Positions 23,510 through 33,500 of a stretch of 61,488 bases of DNA are shown here, one piece after another (position 1 is the stretch's first letter; each line of letters opens with the position of its first letter). Made by a program: the position numbers and the translations under genes. Source of the DNA: a virus; IMG/VR virus record IMGVR_UViG_3300031825_000010, positions 1-61,488 of that record. The stretch is one strand, 5' to 3'. The notes under the pieces were generated by a model. It saw only the letters and a list, made by a program, of their open reading frames with translations. It ran no database searches and had not been told where the DNA came from.

Positions 23510-24001
23510 ATGGGTAAAAACGTAAGCTCAAACCTCTTGCAGTTGCTCAATGAGCAAATATCGCATGAGGGGTACAATGCTCAACTGTACCTGAAGATCG
23601 GGACGTATCTCAGGAACAAAGGCTTAAACAAAATGGCAGCGCACTTTATCGGTCAGGTAGATGAGGAACACAGCCATCAGAAAAAGATTGCCGACTATCT
23701 GACAGATCGGAATGAAGAGGTTCTTGCGCTAACCATTCCAGAAGTGGCTTTGTCGTTTACCGGCATCAAACAGATTGCTTTCCTCTATTTGAAACAAGAG
23801 CAGGATACGACAGCCAAACTGAAGTCTATCGCTCGGGCGGCGTTTGAGGAAAATGATCTGCTGACATTCCGATTCCTCCAAGAGGTGCTTGAGTATCAGC
23901 GGAGCGAAGAGGATGAAGCCTTAACGTTCCAGGACAAGGCTGAACTGGCAAACGATGATTGGCAGACAATACTCTTGTGGGATGCTAACTTTTCGCTTTA
24001 A
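23510..24001 (+). CDS. Ferritin-like di-iron protein (bacterial Ftn type)
   Basis: LNEQISHEGYNAQLYL, VDEEHSHQKKIADY, LKQEQD and FLQEVLEYQRSEEDE match the four-helix ferritin ferroxidase pattern. Confidence 0.8.
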   Translation: MGKNVSSNLLQLLNEQISHEGYNAQLYLKIGTYLRNKGLNKMAAHFIGQVDEEHSHQKKIADYLTDRNEEVLALTIPEVALSFTGIKQIAFLYLKQEQDTTAKLKSIARAAFEENDLLTFRFLQEVLEYQRSEEDEALTFQDKAELANDDWQTILLWDANFSL

Positions 24002-24019
24002 AGGAGGTGAGAACAAAAG

Positions 24020-25039
24020 ATGCTTCTGAAAATGAGTAAGAAGATCGAACCTCGGCAATTCGCGCTGATGGACAGCGGGAACCAAGGGCATCCGAACAAA
24101 ATCCCGTTCAAATGCGGATTGTTCAAATGCGACACGCCTTCAGATGGATCGCCGGAAGGTGCGAACGGAAAGCTTATTCGAATCTCGTCCGAGGTTGCGA
24201 ACAAGTATTTGCAGACGTTTGTTGGTATGGCATTCAATATCAACTATACCGACGGAATGAGTTCGCACGATCAACGCTTCAAAGTGGCTGTCATGGAACG
24301 CTGTTACATGTCGATGGATGGTACGGCCATGGTTGAAGGCTACATCTACGGCAAGGACTTTCCTGACGTAGTAGCGACGATCCGTTATTACAACGGACTC
24401 GCTGCTGAATACGATTGGGAAGAGTACAGGTTCGGGGCAAGTTTGGAAATGGAAGCTGTCGTACAAATCGCAAACGATAACCCGAATGTACTGGATGTTG
24501 TTGAATTCTGTGGAACTGGAGCCGCAATCCTTTTTGCTGAGGATGCGGCTTTTAAAATGACCAGTTTTGCAGCTTCAAATAAGAACAAACAAACGGAGGT
24601 GTCCGAATTGGATGCAAAAGAATTGAAAGAAATGCTCGAAGGATTCAAAAAGGATATTTCGGCGGCAGTCGATGGCGTTAAGACCGAAGTCGGCGCTATC
24701 AAAACAGAAATTGACACGCTGAAAGCAGCGGCAACGAAACCGGAACCGACTCCGGCACCGGAAGAAAACGCCGAATTGAAGGCGGCGAAAGAACGCGCAG
24801 AGAAGCTGGAAAAGGAACTGGCTGATCTGAAGGCTGCTGCAAGTGAGCCGCAACGCAAAACACTTTCGGCATCTCAATTGCTGTCTAAGTACGGCAAAGG
24901 CGGCGCCGGTGAAGATGACGCAAAGGATTATCAAACCTTCTGCGCAACGGTTGACCGGATGAACCTGCAGGCCGGCGAATCACTAAAGCTGAAGCTTGAA
25001 GCGAAAGCTCTGTACCAAACTCAAAGGGATGGTGAATAA
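24020..25039 (+). CDS. Scaffolding protein (coiled-coil C-terminal half); the N-terminal domain has unknown function, possibly protease
   Basis: Sits just upstream of the capsid gene. The C-terminal ~150 aa is Ala/Glu/Lys-rich coiled coil. Confidence 0.5.
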   Translation: MLLKMSKKIEPRQFALMDSGNQGHPNKIPFKCGLFKCDTPSDGSPEGANGKLIRISSEVANKYLQTFVGMAFNINYTDGMSSHDQRFKVAVMERCYMSMDGTAMVEGYIYGKDFPDVVATIRYYNGLAAEYDWEEYRFGASLEMEAVVQIANDNPNVLDVVEFCGTGAAILFAEDAAFKMTSFAASNKNKQTEVSELDAKELKEMLEGFKKDISAAVDGVKTEVGAIKTEIDTLKAAATKPEPTPAPEENAELKAAKERAEKLEKELADLKAAASEPQRKTLSASQLLSKYGKGGAGEDDAKDYQTFCATVDRMNLQAGESLKLKLEAKALYQTQRDGE

Positions 25040-25042
25040 TCA

Positions 25043-26032
25043 ATGGCACAAGTGACCGACACGCAATTTATCGATCTTTCGGCAGCCGCGCAAATCGTTG
25101 CACCTGGTGCAATCATCGTTGAAGAGTACCAAAAGGAAATCACCGACGCGCTGCGCCGTAACTCGGTTCTGGACAGCCGCATCCGGTATGTACCGGCAAC
25201 GGGCGACTTCTCCAGCTACTTCGAGCAAAACACGATCAACGGCGGAGAATTCGTCGATCCGCGCAACCCTTCGGCAACGGCAATCAGCAACATCAGAACG
25301 CCGCATTCGCTGAAAATCAAGGCTATGACGAACCAAATCAATTACGGTCATTACGACCTGCAACTGGCTGCACAGCAAAACAACTGGCCGGAACTGCAAG
25401 CGAAAGACCTTTCTGACATGATCAGCGGCATCACGCTCTCACACGGCAAGGCACTTTGGAGAGGTTCAGACACAAGCTTGTCTGTTCCGACAACGTTGCA
25501 ATATGTTGGGCTTGCAAAGCAAATCACGAACACCTTCTCGGTAGCTTCAGGTTCGTCCATCGTCGCAGCACTTCGTGCGAAAGTTGCGGCTATGTGCGCA
25601 AGCGAACTGTACGAGCTTCGTCCGACCGCGATCTATATCCACCCGATCGGGTTGAACGGCATCGAAGAAGAGGAGCGCTTGGCAACGCACAACCAAACCA
25701 TTGTTCCGGGCCTTCAAAAGACGATGGTCGCCGGCATGGAAGTTCGCGCCATCATGACTGCTGCTGGTCTCTTGCCGCTGATCCCGGAACCGTTCATGAC
25801 TTCTGCTGTCAACGGTACGGACATCACCAAAACCGATTACGGCGTGGCAATCGTTACCGAGCCGATGATCGAGTACCACTATGTCGGTGAAAAAGGCATC
25901 TTCCTGTTCGAAATGGGACTCGTAACCGATCTGCAAAAGAAATACGTCGGCATCAAATACGGCGCACCGGTTGCCAAAGGTCCGTCCTATGCGCATGCAT
26001 ATGGAACGATCACGCTGCCGACTGCAAGCTAA
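25043..26032 (+). CDS. Major capsid protein
   Basis: 329 aa, following the scaffold and followed by a hairpin/terminator. Called by position and size. Confidence 0.7.
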   Translation: MAQVTDTQFIDLSAAAQIVAPGAIIVEEYQKEITDALRRNSVLDSRIRYVPATGDFSSYFEQNTINGGEFVDPRNPSATAISNIRTPHSLKIKAMTNQINYGHYDLQLAAQQNNWPELQAKDLSDMISGITLSHGKALWRGSDTSLSVPTTLQYVGLAKQITNTFSVASGSSIVAALRAKVAAMCASELYELRPTAIYIHPIGLNGIEEEERLATHNQTIVPGLQKTMVAGMEVRAIMTAAGLLPLIPEPFMTSAVNGTDITKTDYGVAIVTEPMIEYHYVGEKGIFLFEMGLVTDLQKKYVGIKYGAPVAKGPSYAHAYGTITLPTAS

Positions 26033-26097
26033 ATAACCTTGATGATATGAGGCGGTCTATATGATCGCCTCTATCGTCTTTTGAGGAGGTTTTCCAA

Positions 26098-26310
26098 TTG
26101 GCGACAAAGAAAGATACGGTCGAAACTAGCGCAAACGTCAGCCTTGTTCTTAAAGGCGTGGACAGCCAGAAAAATGGCATCCATACAATTTACGCTTACG
26201 GCGGCGCGGTGACCTTTAAAGATGGGCATGCCGAAGTCAACGCCGATATCGCAGCAAAGCTGGTTGCTGATGGATACGCGGAAGAAGGTAAACCGGAAGC
26301 CGGTGAGTAA
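26098..26310 (+). CDS. Hypothetical small head protein (possible decoration protein)
   Basis: 70-aa ORF after the capsid gene, with SD GAGGAGG. Confidence 0.45.
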   Translation: MATKKDTVETSANVSLVLKGVDSQKNGIHTIYAYGGAVTFKDGHAEVNADIAAKLVADGYAEEGKPEAGE

Positions 26311-26312
26311 AA

Positions 26313-26900
26313 ATGAGCAAGTATCTGCAGCTTACCGATACCGCTTATGTTCCGTCCGGCGTTACACTGGATGATTCGCTTATCCTGCGTGCATCCGCAA
26401 TCATCGACGGTTACTGCAAGCGGTCGCTAGACGTTACATCGTATACCGAGCGTGTACCTTTGACTGACTACCATAACATGAATAGCTATCAAAGAGGGCA
26501 TTTGTCTTATTACCCGGTAATAGATGTAACGGACTTGAAAGGCAGACCACTGTACAACGTCATAACCGGGAATATCTTCGGGCCGCCTCCGTTTGTGCCT
26601 ATTACCGATCTCTCCATTCTGAACATCGACAAGAACCTCGGAACATTTATCTGCGGGTTCAATATGTTCGGTGTACCTTATACAGAGTTGGAAGTGACGT
26701 ATACAAGCGGATGGGCGACGATACCGGATGCGGTGAAGGTTTCTTGTGGGATGATCGTCGCGCAACTGGCAAGCAATGCGAACTCGAACGTCAAGACGAA
26801 GAAAGACTTTGACTTTTCGATTGAGTATTTCGGGAACAGCATGATCACGCCAGAGATAGCCGGTCTGCTGAGTCCGTATGTTGTCAGATCGTTCAGGTGA
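26313..26900 (+). CDS. Head-tail connector (gp6-like)
   Basis: N-terminus YLQLTDTAYVPSGVTLDDSLILRASAIIDGYC. Called by pattern and position. Confidence 0.55.
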   Translation: MSKYLQLTDTAYVPSGVTLDDSLILRASAIIDGYCKRSLDVTSYTERVPLTDYHNMNSYQRGHLSYYPVIDVTDLKGRPLYNVITGNIFGPPPFVPITDLSILNIDKNLGTFICGFNMFGVPYTELEVTYTSGWATIPDAVKVSCGMIVAQLASNANSNVKTKKDFDFSIEYFGNSMITPEIAGLLSPYVVRSFR

Positions 26901-27191
26901 ATGGTGGTGAAATCAATGAATTTTGGACAAGCGATTGAAGCAATCAAAGAAGGTAAAAAGGTCGCACGCAACGGTTGGAACGGCAAGGGAATGTTCATTT
27001 ACTTAGTTCGTGGGGCTGACATTGAACGGGACAACCTGAGAAACGAAGCGGATAAGCATATCAGCAGAGAATATGGCCTCGTTAAAATCAATTCTCATGT
27101 GGACATGAAAGCCGCAGATGGTTCAATCGTTGTTGGTTGGCTAGCATCCCAAACAGACATGCTTGCGGAGGATTGGGAAGTTGTTGAATGA
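26901..27191 (+). CDS. DUF2829-family protein (Tad2-like)
   Basis: MNFGQAIEAIKEGKKVARNGWNGKGMFIYLV..WLASQTDMLAEDW is the hallmark DUF2829 pattern. Confidence 0.7.
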   Translation: MVVKSMNFGQAIEAIKEGKKVARNGWNGKGMFIYLVRGADIERDNLRNEADKHISREYGLVKINSHVDMKAADGSIVVGWLASQTDMLAEDWEVVE

Positions 27192-27202
27192 GGTGATAAC
27201 AC

Positions 27203-27775
27203 ATGTTCAATGACTTCTCTCACCGACACACTGGCTGCATGGTAGACGGACAAGCGAATAAGGTCATCCTATCACGCGATTCAAGAGCTTCGTCGGTTAT
27301 CGGAAAGGAGTATATGTACAATGGCGTATTTGCTCCTAACTCCCCGGTTCAGAATGGTTCGCTTGTGGAGACGGAGGATTCGTTCTTCGTGCAGACGCTT
27401 CGCTTGACGGTCGAAAAGGATAAATACTGTTCGCTTATCAAGACTAATGCGGCGGTAGATGTTCACAGACTGAGCAGAACGTATGACTCGAATGACAATC
27501 CGATTGGCGTGACGTTCCAAACGGTTCAGGTGAATGCAAAAGCGTTCGCTCAATACGTTACGGCCAGACTCCGGCAGGAAGATCCAGGCTTATTGCCGAC
27601 AACCGTTTATGTGTTGCAACTGCAAGCAAACGTTGATGTCCGCAAGCCACAGGATCCGACACTGATCTCTCCCGACAGAATCGTTATGAATGGCAGACCA
27701 TATCAGGTTGATGCCGTTGACGATGTGAAGTATCCGAATCTCCTGTATGTCCAGTTGTCGGAGGATCTACGATGA
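27203..27775 (+). CDS. Hypothetical head-tail joining protein
   Basis: Called by position in the neck module. Confidence 0.4.
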   Translation: MFNDFSHRHTGCMVDGQANKVILSRDSRASSVIGKEYMYNGVFAPNSPVQNGSLVETEDSFFVQTLRLTVEKDKYCSLIKTNAAVDVHRLSRTYDSNDNPIGVTFQTVQVNAKAFAQYVTARLRQEDPGLLPTTVYVLQLQANVDVRKPQDPTLISPDRIVMNGRPYQVDAVDDVKYPNLLYVQLSEDLR

Positions 27776-28356
27776 TCACCGATGTTATCTCCGGATACGA
27801 TGCCGCCAGAGCAAGCGCCGCATTGGAGCGAAGACTTGAAACGGAGATTCGGGGATTAACCGCGCTTGTGCTGCAAACCGCCAAATCGAACGTCCGCTAT
27901 TATCCCGAAGTTAGGAATCACCTGCATGCGCAGCTCTTTGTAGTCGCAAACAAGATGATCACCGGTGAAATAACGGCGGATTATTGGCAAGCATGGATGG
28001 AGCAGTTCGGTAAAGGTTCATTGATGGCCGGACCGGATCAAAACCCCGGACTCGTAAAGTATTTCAATTCCGATGCGTGGAACCGTCTGCGGTCGCGTAG
28101 CAGTCGCGTTGTGGTAGGTCGAGCGAGAGGGACATACCGGAGCATTGACGGTGTTATACGGCGATCTGGCGGCGGTTACGCTGGCGTTGATCTTGAAGAA
28201 TTGGCTGCAAGGGGCGACATCGACAAGAAGTTCGCTCCTACGCCGCCGACATTCTTCCTCCGGGTAGCTTTGCAGTCGAATAAAGACCGGATCCTGCAGG
28301 GCGTTGCCAGCGTGATCGAAGAGTTTCCGTATCACAAATACTTCGTGAAAGGGTGA
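27772..28356 (+). CDS. Hypothetical neck/tail-completion protein
   Basis: Called by position, with ATGA overlaps on both sides. Confidence 0.4.
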   Translation: MITDVISGYDAARASAALERRLETEIRGLTALVLQTAKSNVRYYPEVRNHLHAQLFVVANKMITGEITADYWQAWMEQFGKGSLMAGPDQNPGLVKYFNSDAWNRLRSRSSRVVVGRARGTYRSIDGVIRRSGGGYAGVDLEELAARGDIDKKFAPTPPTFFLRVALQSNKDRILQGVASVIEEFPYHKYFVKG

Positions 28357-28796
28357 TGCAGATGAGTTTAAAACTGATCGACGCTATTTATAACACACTC
28401 AAGAATGACGTAGAGTTCATGGCGTTGCTTGGTTTAACTCCTACATCACCTCCCGCGAGTATTACAGCCAAATTGGTGCGTGGTGCGGAAGCCGACTCTG
28501 CTATCAACGGAACGACTTGCCCCATGGTGCTGATGTACGTGAAGCCTGGTCGGTATGGAAGGAACTATCTCGTATTTGAGGGCAAGTTCTGCCTTGACTT
28601 CTACGGGAAAAACTCTTTCCAAGCCAAACAAATGGCAGAACTTGCATATAAGCTTTTTCACGATCAGACGATATCGGATGCAACCTTTCATTCATATCGC
28701 TGCTATCTTGCGTATGACGCTGACTTTGCAACCGGTATTTCTGGTGTAAAAGGATATGAGTCTATTTTCGATGTGGATTACTTCCGTGGGAATTGA
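28353..28796 (+). CDS. Putative tail terminator (DUF3168-like)
   Basis: Called by position before the major tail gene. N-terminus LIDAIYNTLKNDVEFMALLG. Confidence 0.45.
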   Translation: MMQMSLKLIDAIYNTLKNDVEFMALLGLTPTSPPASITAKLVRGAEADSAINGTTCPMVLMYVKPGRYGRNYLVFEGKFCLDFYGKNSFQAKQMAELAYKLFHDQTISDATFHSYRCYLAYDADFATGISGVKGYESIFDVDYFRGN

Positions 28797-28807
28797 GGTG
28801 AAGCATA

Positions 28808-28990
28808 GTGACCGATGAATCCAAATCTGACAAATCTTCGTCAGAGAAAGAAAAGCTGGTGAAAGAAAAGATTTCGCTGGCAAAGAAGATTCGCATTTGG
28901 GGAACGTTCGATCCGGTCGAGAATTATGAAACGACCGACGAATACAAACAGATCAAAGAGATCGACAAGCGCTTGGCCGAAATCGGTTAA
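28808..28990 (+). CDS. Hypothetical small protein
   Basis: 60-aa ORF. Confidence 0.4.
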   Translation: MTDESKSDKSSSEKEKLVKEKISLAKKIRIWGTFDPVENYETTDEYKQIKEIDKRLAEIG

Positions 28991-29023
28991 GCGACTTTTT
29001 ATTTTAAGGGAGGTTTTACGTCA

Positions 29024-29806
29024 ATGACACAACTTTCGACGAAACGATGGGTTGTAGACGATATTTCGAATGGCGCTCTGTTTGACCTGACGACTGGCGA
29101 TCCGGTCGGCATTTTCGAGAAACTGCAGCAAATGAACATCCAGATTCCGGCAACGCAAAACCGTGTATATGGCGGCACAAGTAAATACGCCTTCCACTTG
29201 ACGGAGCAAAACGCGGAATCCGCGATCACGATTCAAAACGCTATTCTCGATTTCAATCAACTGGTCGCAGCAACCGGCGCTGACTTGTCCACCGGGTCTG
29301 CTGTAGTTCCGGCTATGGAAAAGGCAACGGTCGATGCAGCGGGTACAGCTACATTGAAGCATGCGGCAATCATCGTGGCTGATTCCGAGAAAGTAGTGGT
29401 AGCTACCAAAGGTCTGACGAATTCCGGTAAAGTACTTGAGCGCGTAACGACTGCTCCGACTGCTGACCAGTATTCCATCGCTGCCGGTGTGATCACGTTT
29501 GGCGATACCAACCTGAAGGGCAAAGATGTGCGGGTGTTCTACGACTACACCGCAACACAGGCGGATGTCGCTTCGGTCAAAACGACGACAAAGAACAAAC
29601 CGTACAAGTTTGTCGCTTATGGCCGTGCATTTGATGACGAATTGAACCAATATTTCGACGTGGCAATCGTCATCTACAAAGCGCAAATGCTTGGCACGTT
29701 TGCAATCGACCAGCAACGCAAAACGGCAACGGCAAACAACCTGGAACTCGCTGTTCTGGATGCTGGCCGTTCCGACGAGAAGGTTATCGAGATTTACGCT
29801 GTGTAA
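29024..29806 (+). CDS. Major tail protein
   Basis: 260 aa with SD GGGAGG. Precedes the chaperone/TMP genes and is followed by a hairpin. Confidence 0.6.
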   Translation: MTQLSTKRWVVDDISNGALFDLTTGDPVGIFEKLQQMNIQIPATQNRVYGGTSKYAFHLTEQNAESAITIQNAILDFNQLVAATGADLSTGSAVVPAMEKATVDAAGTATLKHAAIIVADSEKVVVATKGLTNSGKVLERVTTAPTADQYSIAAGVITFGDTNLKGKDVRVFYDYTATQADVASVKTTTKNKPYKFVAYGRAFDDELNQYFDVAIVIYKAQMLGTFAIDQQRKTATANNLELAVLDAGRSDEKVIEIYAV

Positions 29807-29817
29807 TCAAAATAAAC

Positions 29818-29839
29818 AGAGGGGGCTTCGGCTCCCTCT
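29818..29839 (+). terminator. Hairpin / weak terminator after the major tail gene
   Basis: AGAGGGGGC-TTCG-GCTCCCTCT with a poor U-tract. Confidence 0.5.
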
Positions 29840-29857
29840 TCGAAAGGAAGATGAAGC

Positions 29858-30166
29858 ATGGAAAACAATGAATTGGATCTGATTATGGGAATCGGTCCCG
29901 AAATTCCGTTGTCTGCTGATATCAAAAAGAAGCTGCGCGTCGGAACAATTAAGCAAATCAAAGATGTCGGAGAGCTTTATCGGGATGGGCTTCTGAAGAT
30001 CAAATTTGCTATTCAGCAAAGCGATCCGGAGAAAGTGGAAGAACAAATCGGCAAATGGGTCGAAATCCTCAATTTGATTTTCATTGAAGGATTCACCCGA
30101 GAGGAGTTTGACGACAGCATTCCGGAGCAGATGGAAGCGACTGTCGATCGATTTCTTTTCGCTTAG
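29858..30166 (+). CDS. Tail assembly chaperone (G-like)
   Basis: 102 aa, acidic, between the major tail and tape measure genes. Confidence 0.6.
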   Translation: MENNELDLIMGIGPEIPLSADIKKKLRVGTIKQIKDVGELYRDGLLKIKFAIQQSDPEKVEEQIGKWVEILNLIFIEGFTREEFDDSIPEQMEATVDRFLFA

Positions 30167-30422
30167 TAAAGGACCGGAAAAGAAAAACAAGAACGCAGAC
30201 AGCAAGCCTCTAACAGAGGCTCAAATATATGGCCGTTTGTCGCGTAGAAAGCTTCATAAAGAATGGTATGACCATAATTATTACGAGCTGGACGCGATAT
30301 TCGAGGATATGAACGAAGAAATGAAAGAACAAGTAAGACTGCATGGCGGGGAAGTCGAAGAACCAGAAAAACTAACCCGTCAAGGAATAGCAGATATCAT
30401 GGGGTATTTCAACGGACGTTGA
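30084..30422 (+). CDS. Tail assembly chaperone frameshift extension (T-like); no start codon of its own is expected
   Basis: Overlaps the G ORF by 83 nt in the +1 frame (codon starts 0 mod 3 versus 2 mod 3). Confidence 0.55.
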   Translation: MKDSPERSLTTAFRSRWKRLSIDFFSLSKGPEKKNKNADSKPLTEAQIYGRLSRRKLHKEWYDHNYYELDAIFEDMNEEMKEQVRLHGGEVEEPEKLTRQGIADIMGYFNGR

Positions 30423-30514
30423 AATGCCCCGTTATTTTTGTTTATACCTAAAATCAGGAGTAAATACGCATAAAACTAGATTTACAATAAAGCTAGATAA
30501 ATATCGGAAAACCA

Positions 30515-30541
30515 AGGGACTCGCGGAGTCTCTTTTTATTT
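30515..30541 (+). terminator. Intrinsic terminator inside the chaperone-TMP spacer
   Basis: AGGGACTC-GCG-GAGTCTCT followed by TTTTATTTT. Confidence 0.65.
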
Positions 30542-30555
30542 TACCTAAAATGAGG

Positions 30556-30576
30556 TCAGGAAAATTTTCCTTACCT
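30556..30576. repeat. Conserved palindromic element, copy C
   Basis: TCAGGAAAATTTTCCTTACCT, 19 nt upstream of ATG 30596. Confidence 0.8.
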
Positions 30577-30586
30577 CCAAGATGAG

Positions 30587-33500
30587 GTGAGGATCATGGC
30601 TGATGAATTGAACAAAGACGTAGTTGGCGCAAGGATTAACCTTGATACGTCTAAGATTCTGCCTGCCTTCAAAGTGATCGATGAAGCGGCAAAAAAGAAC
30701 ACTGAAACTTTCAAGGGTCTTAATGCTGAACTGGCTGTTACAGCGAAAAGCTACGGAGAAATGACTAAGGCAGCGGATAAACTGGCATTAACGTCAGATG
30801 AACGTCGCAAAAAAATACTTGCAGAATCCGCCGCATTGGTCGCTCAACGCACAGCTCAGGCTGAATACTACAAGGCTAAGACACAGCAGTTAGACGTTGC
30901 TAATCAGGTTGTCGAATCAAAACTGAAGGCTCAACAAGCCATTCAGAAGAAACGCCAAAACGCTATCGAACAACAAGAGAAAGAACATAAACAAAGAATG
31001 GCAACACTTCAGCAAAAAACAGCGGCAGCTAGCGGACAAGAAAATTTAATTCAAGCTCGCTTGGACAGAGAGTTCATTGAAACAAGACGTTCCAACCAAC
31101 GCATGGAACAAGAAGCAGAAAGACATGCAGTCAAAATGGACAAATTACTAGCCCCTGGATCTACGATGATGCATGGTCATTCAGAGAATACAACTTTATC
31201 TACTGCTTTTAATCGAATGGCTCCATATATGTTAGCAGGAAATTTATATTTCAATGCCATACAAGGTGCAAAAGAAGCAATTACTGTACTGAAAGACTTT
31301 GAATCGACGCTTGTTGGCGTACAGCGCGTGATGGGTGCCAACGTCGACGTAGAACTTGTTAAAGAGTCGATGATTCAGGACGCAAAAGAATACGGATACG
31401 CATTAAAAGATGTAGGTGACGTATACGTCCAAATTGCCCAACAAGGCTTTAATGAGAAGGATACGGCGGCATTAGCAAAGACGGCAATGATGGCCGCAAA
31501 CGTTGAAGAATCTTTTAAGGGCGCGGCACAGGCGCAACAACTTCTCACCGGAGCAATCCTCAACTATAACATGGCGGCAACTGATTCTGAACGCCTGCTC
31601 GACCGCTTGAATCAGGTATCAAACGATTATGCTACGGACTCCAATAAACTGCTTCAGGGCATTAACCGTGTGGGCGCTGCGGCAAATAACGCCGGTGTCG
31701 ATATTAACACGTTGATTGGTTACTTGACAGTATTGAACGAAGCCGGATTCTCTGGATCAGTAGCCGGAAACGCCGTTAAATCGTTTATCTCCTTCTCCAG
31801 CAGAGACATTGCAATCGATAAGCTTGAAAAGTATGTCGGAACGATCAAACAAGCGACCGGAGAAATGATGCCGTTTAAGGAAATCTTGCAGCGTATTTCA
31901 GAAGTTTGGAATAAGGTATCGGATGCCGAACGTCACGAGATCACACAGGCCGTTGCCCGTGGTGATCAGGCCTCACGTTTCATTGCCTTGATGGACAACT
32001 ATCAGAAGGTCATGCAAGTGGCTTCGACTGCTGAGAACTCTTTCGGGTCGGCGCAACGGGAAAATGCTCTTGCGATGACAACTCTTGAAAAACAATCCAT
32101 GCAATTAAAGGCAGCTTGGGATGAGCTTGTTGTATCAATCGGTGATAACGGGCTTCTTGCCGTTTTGAAAGAGATGGTTCACACCGGAACACTGCTAATC
32201 GATGGATTTAACTCTCTCCCAGAACCAATACGAAATACATTGACCGCGACGTTACTTCTTGGCGGGGCTATTTTGACGCTTAATACCGGGATGCGGATGC
32301 TAACAGGTCAATCGCTTATTCAATTGGTCGTAGGACTCACAAACGGCGCAAGGGCAATGATGGGATTGAAGGTTGCAACAGATGCTGCCAACGTCTCACA
32401 AAAGGCGTTCGCAGCAACTCCAATCGGTGCAGTATTAACAGGAATTGCGCTTGCGATTGGCGCAGCAACTGCAGCATGGTCATACTTCAAAGGCGCTTCA
32501 AATGCAGCAAATGAAGCAACTATCCAGAATGAGCGAGATACCTATGCACTGGCTGAGAAATATAAAGAACTGAGGTCGATCGTCGACGATAACACCAAAT
32601 CGGATAAGGAAATTAAGCAAGCGAAAGATGAACTTGCCGTTGTTATCACCAAGATTAGCAGCCTTATGCCGGGATTGATTTCTCAATGGGATGCACACGG
32701 ACAAGCGATCGATGTCAATATTTCAAAGTTAGAAGCATTCAGGCAAGAATATGCTTCGAGCATGCGTATTGTCGCGATGGACGATCTTAAAAAGTCTCAG
32801 GATCGAATTAAAGAATTGGAATCAAAAAAGAAAGAAACACAATTCAAGCAAGATAACTTCGGTAAAAGCGATTTGAGTATCTGGGATATGGCAACAGGTA
32901 AGTCAGTTGATTCTTATCGAACCAAATACGCAAATGATATGTTGAACATCGGAAATGAACTCACAATCGAAGAACAGAAACTCAAGAACGCACAAGAAAC
33001 ACTGGACTTACTGGATGGGAAGAAAAAAGCAGAGTCTTATCAGTACGGAAATAAGAACCACGGCGGTCGTCAACAAACAGAAGAAGAGCTAAATGATGCT
33101 GCCAAACAGCGGAAGCAAGATTTCGATGACGCTATGTCTGCTTTCCGGCATCAAGTAAACATTGAAGCAAAAGGATATGCGGATGCAAAGTCTCAACTTG
33201 CTAAACTCCGCGCTATACGATCAGAGTTCAGCGGTTTGAATGACTCAGATTTGTATGGGATTGACGAGGAGATTTATCGGCTATCAACTGGAAAGAAAAT
33301 CAACGCTAAAGGACTTGGGAGCACCAAGAAAACCGAAGATCCACTTAAAAAATCGTTTGATGATTTCCGTGCTCAGCTTGAACATCTTAAAGCCATCGGG
33401 AAATTGACAACCGAACAAGAGCTCGCCGCTTGGAAGAAGGCTCAGACGGCGTATGGCTCACAGACTGAACTGAGGTGGCAAACAGAAGAGAATATCTACA

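Noticed and set aside
29021-29716. Long minus-strand ORFs: 29021..29716 (231 aa), 7837..8403 (188 aa), 12056..12556 (166 aa), 45942..46502 (186 aa), 24388..24858, 22737..23204 and 42344..42841.
   Set aside because: Each is antisense to a well-supported plus-strand gene, lacks an SD, and has a low-complexity or Arg/Cys-rich composition typical of shadow ORFs.
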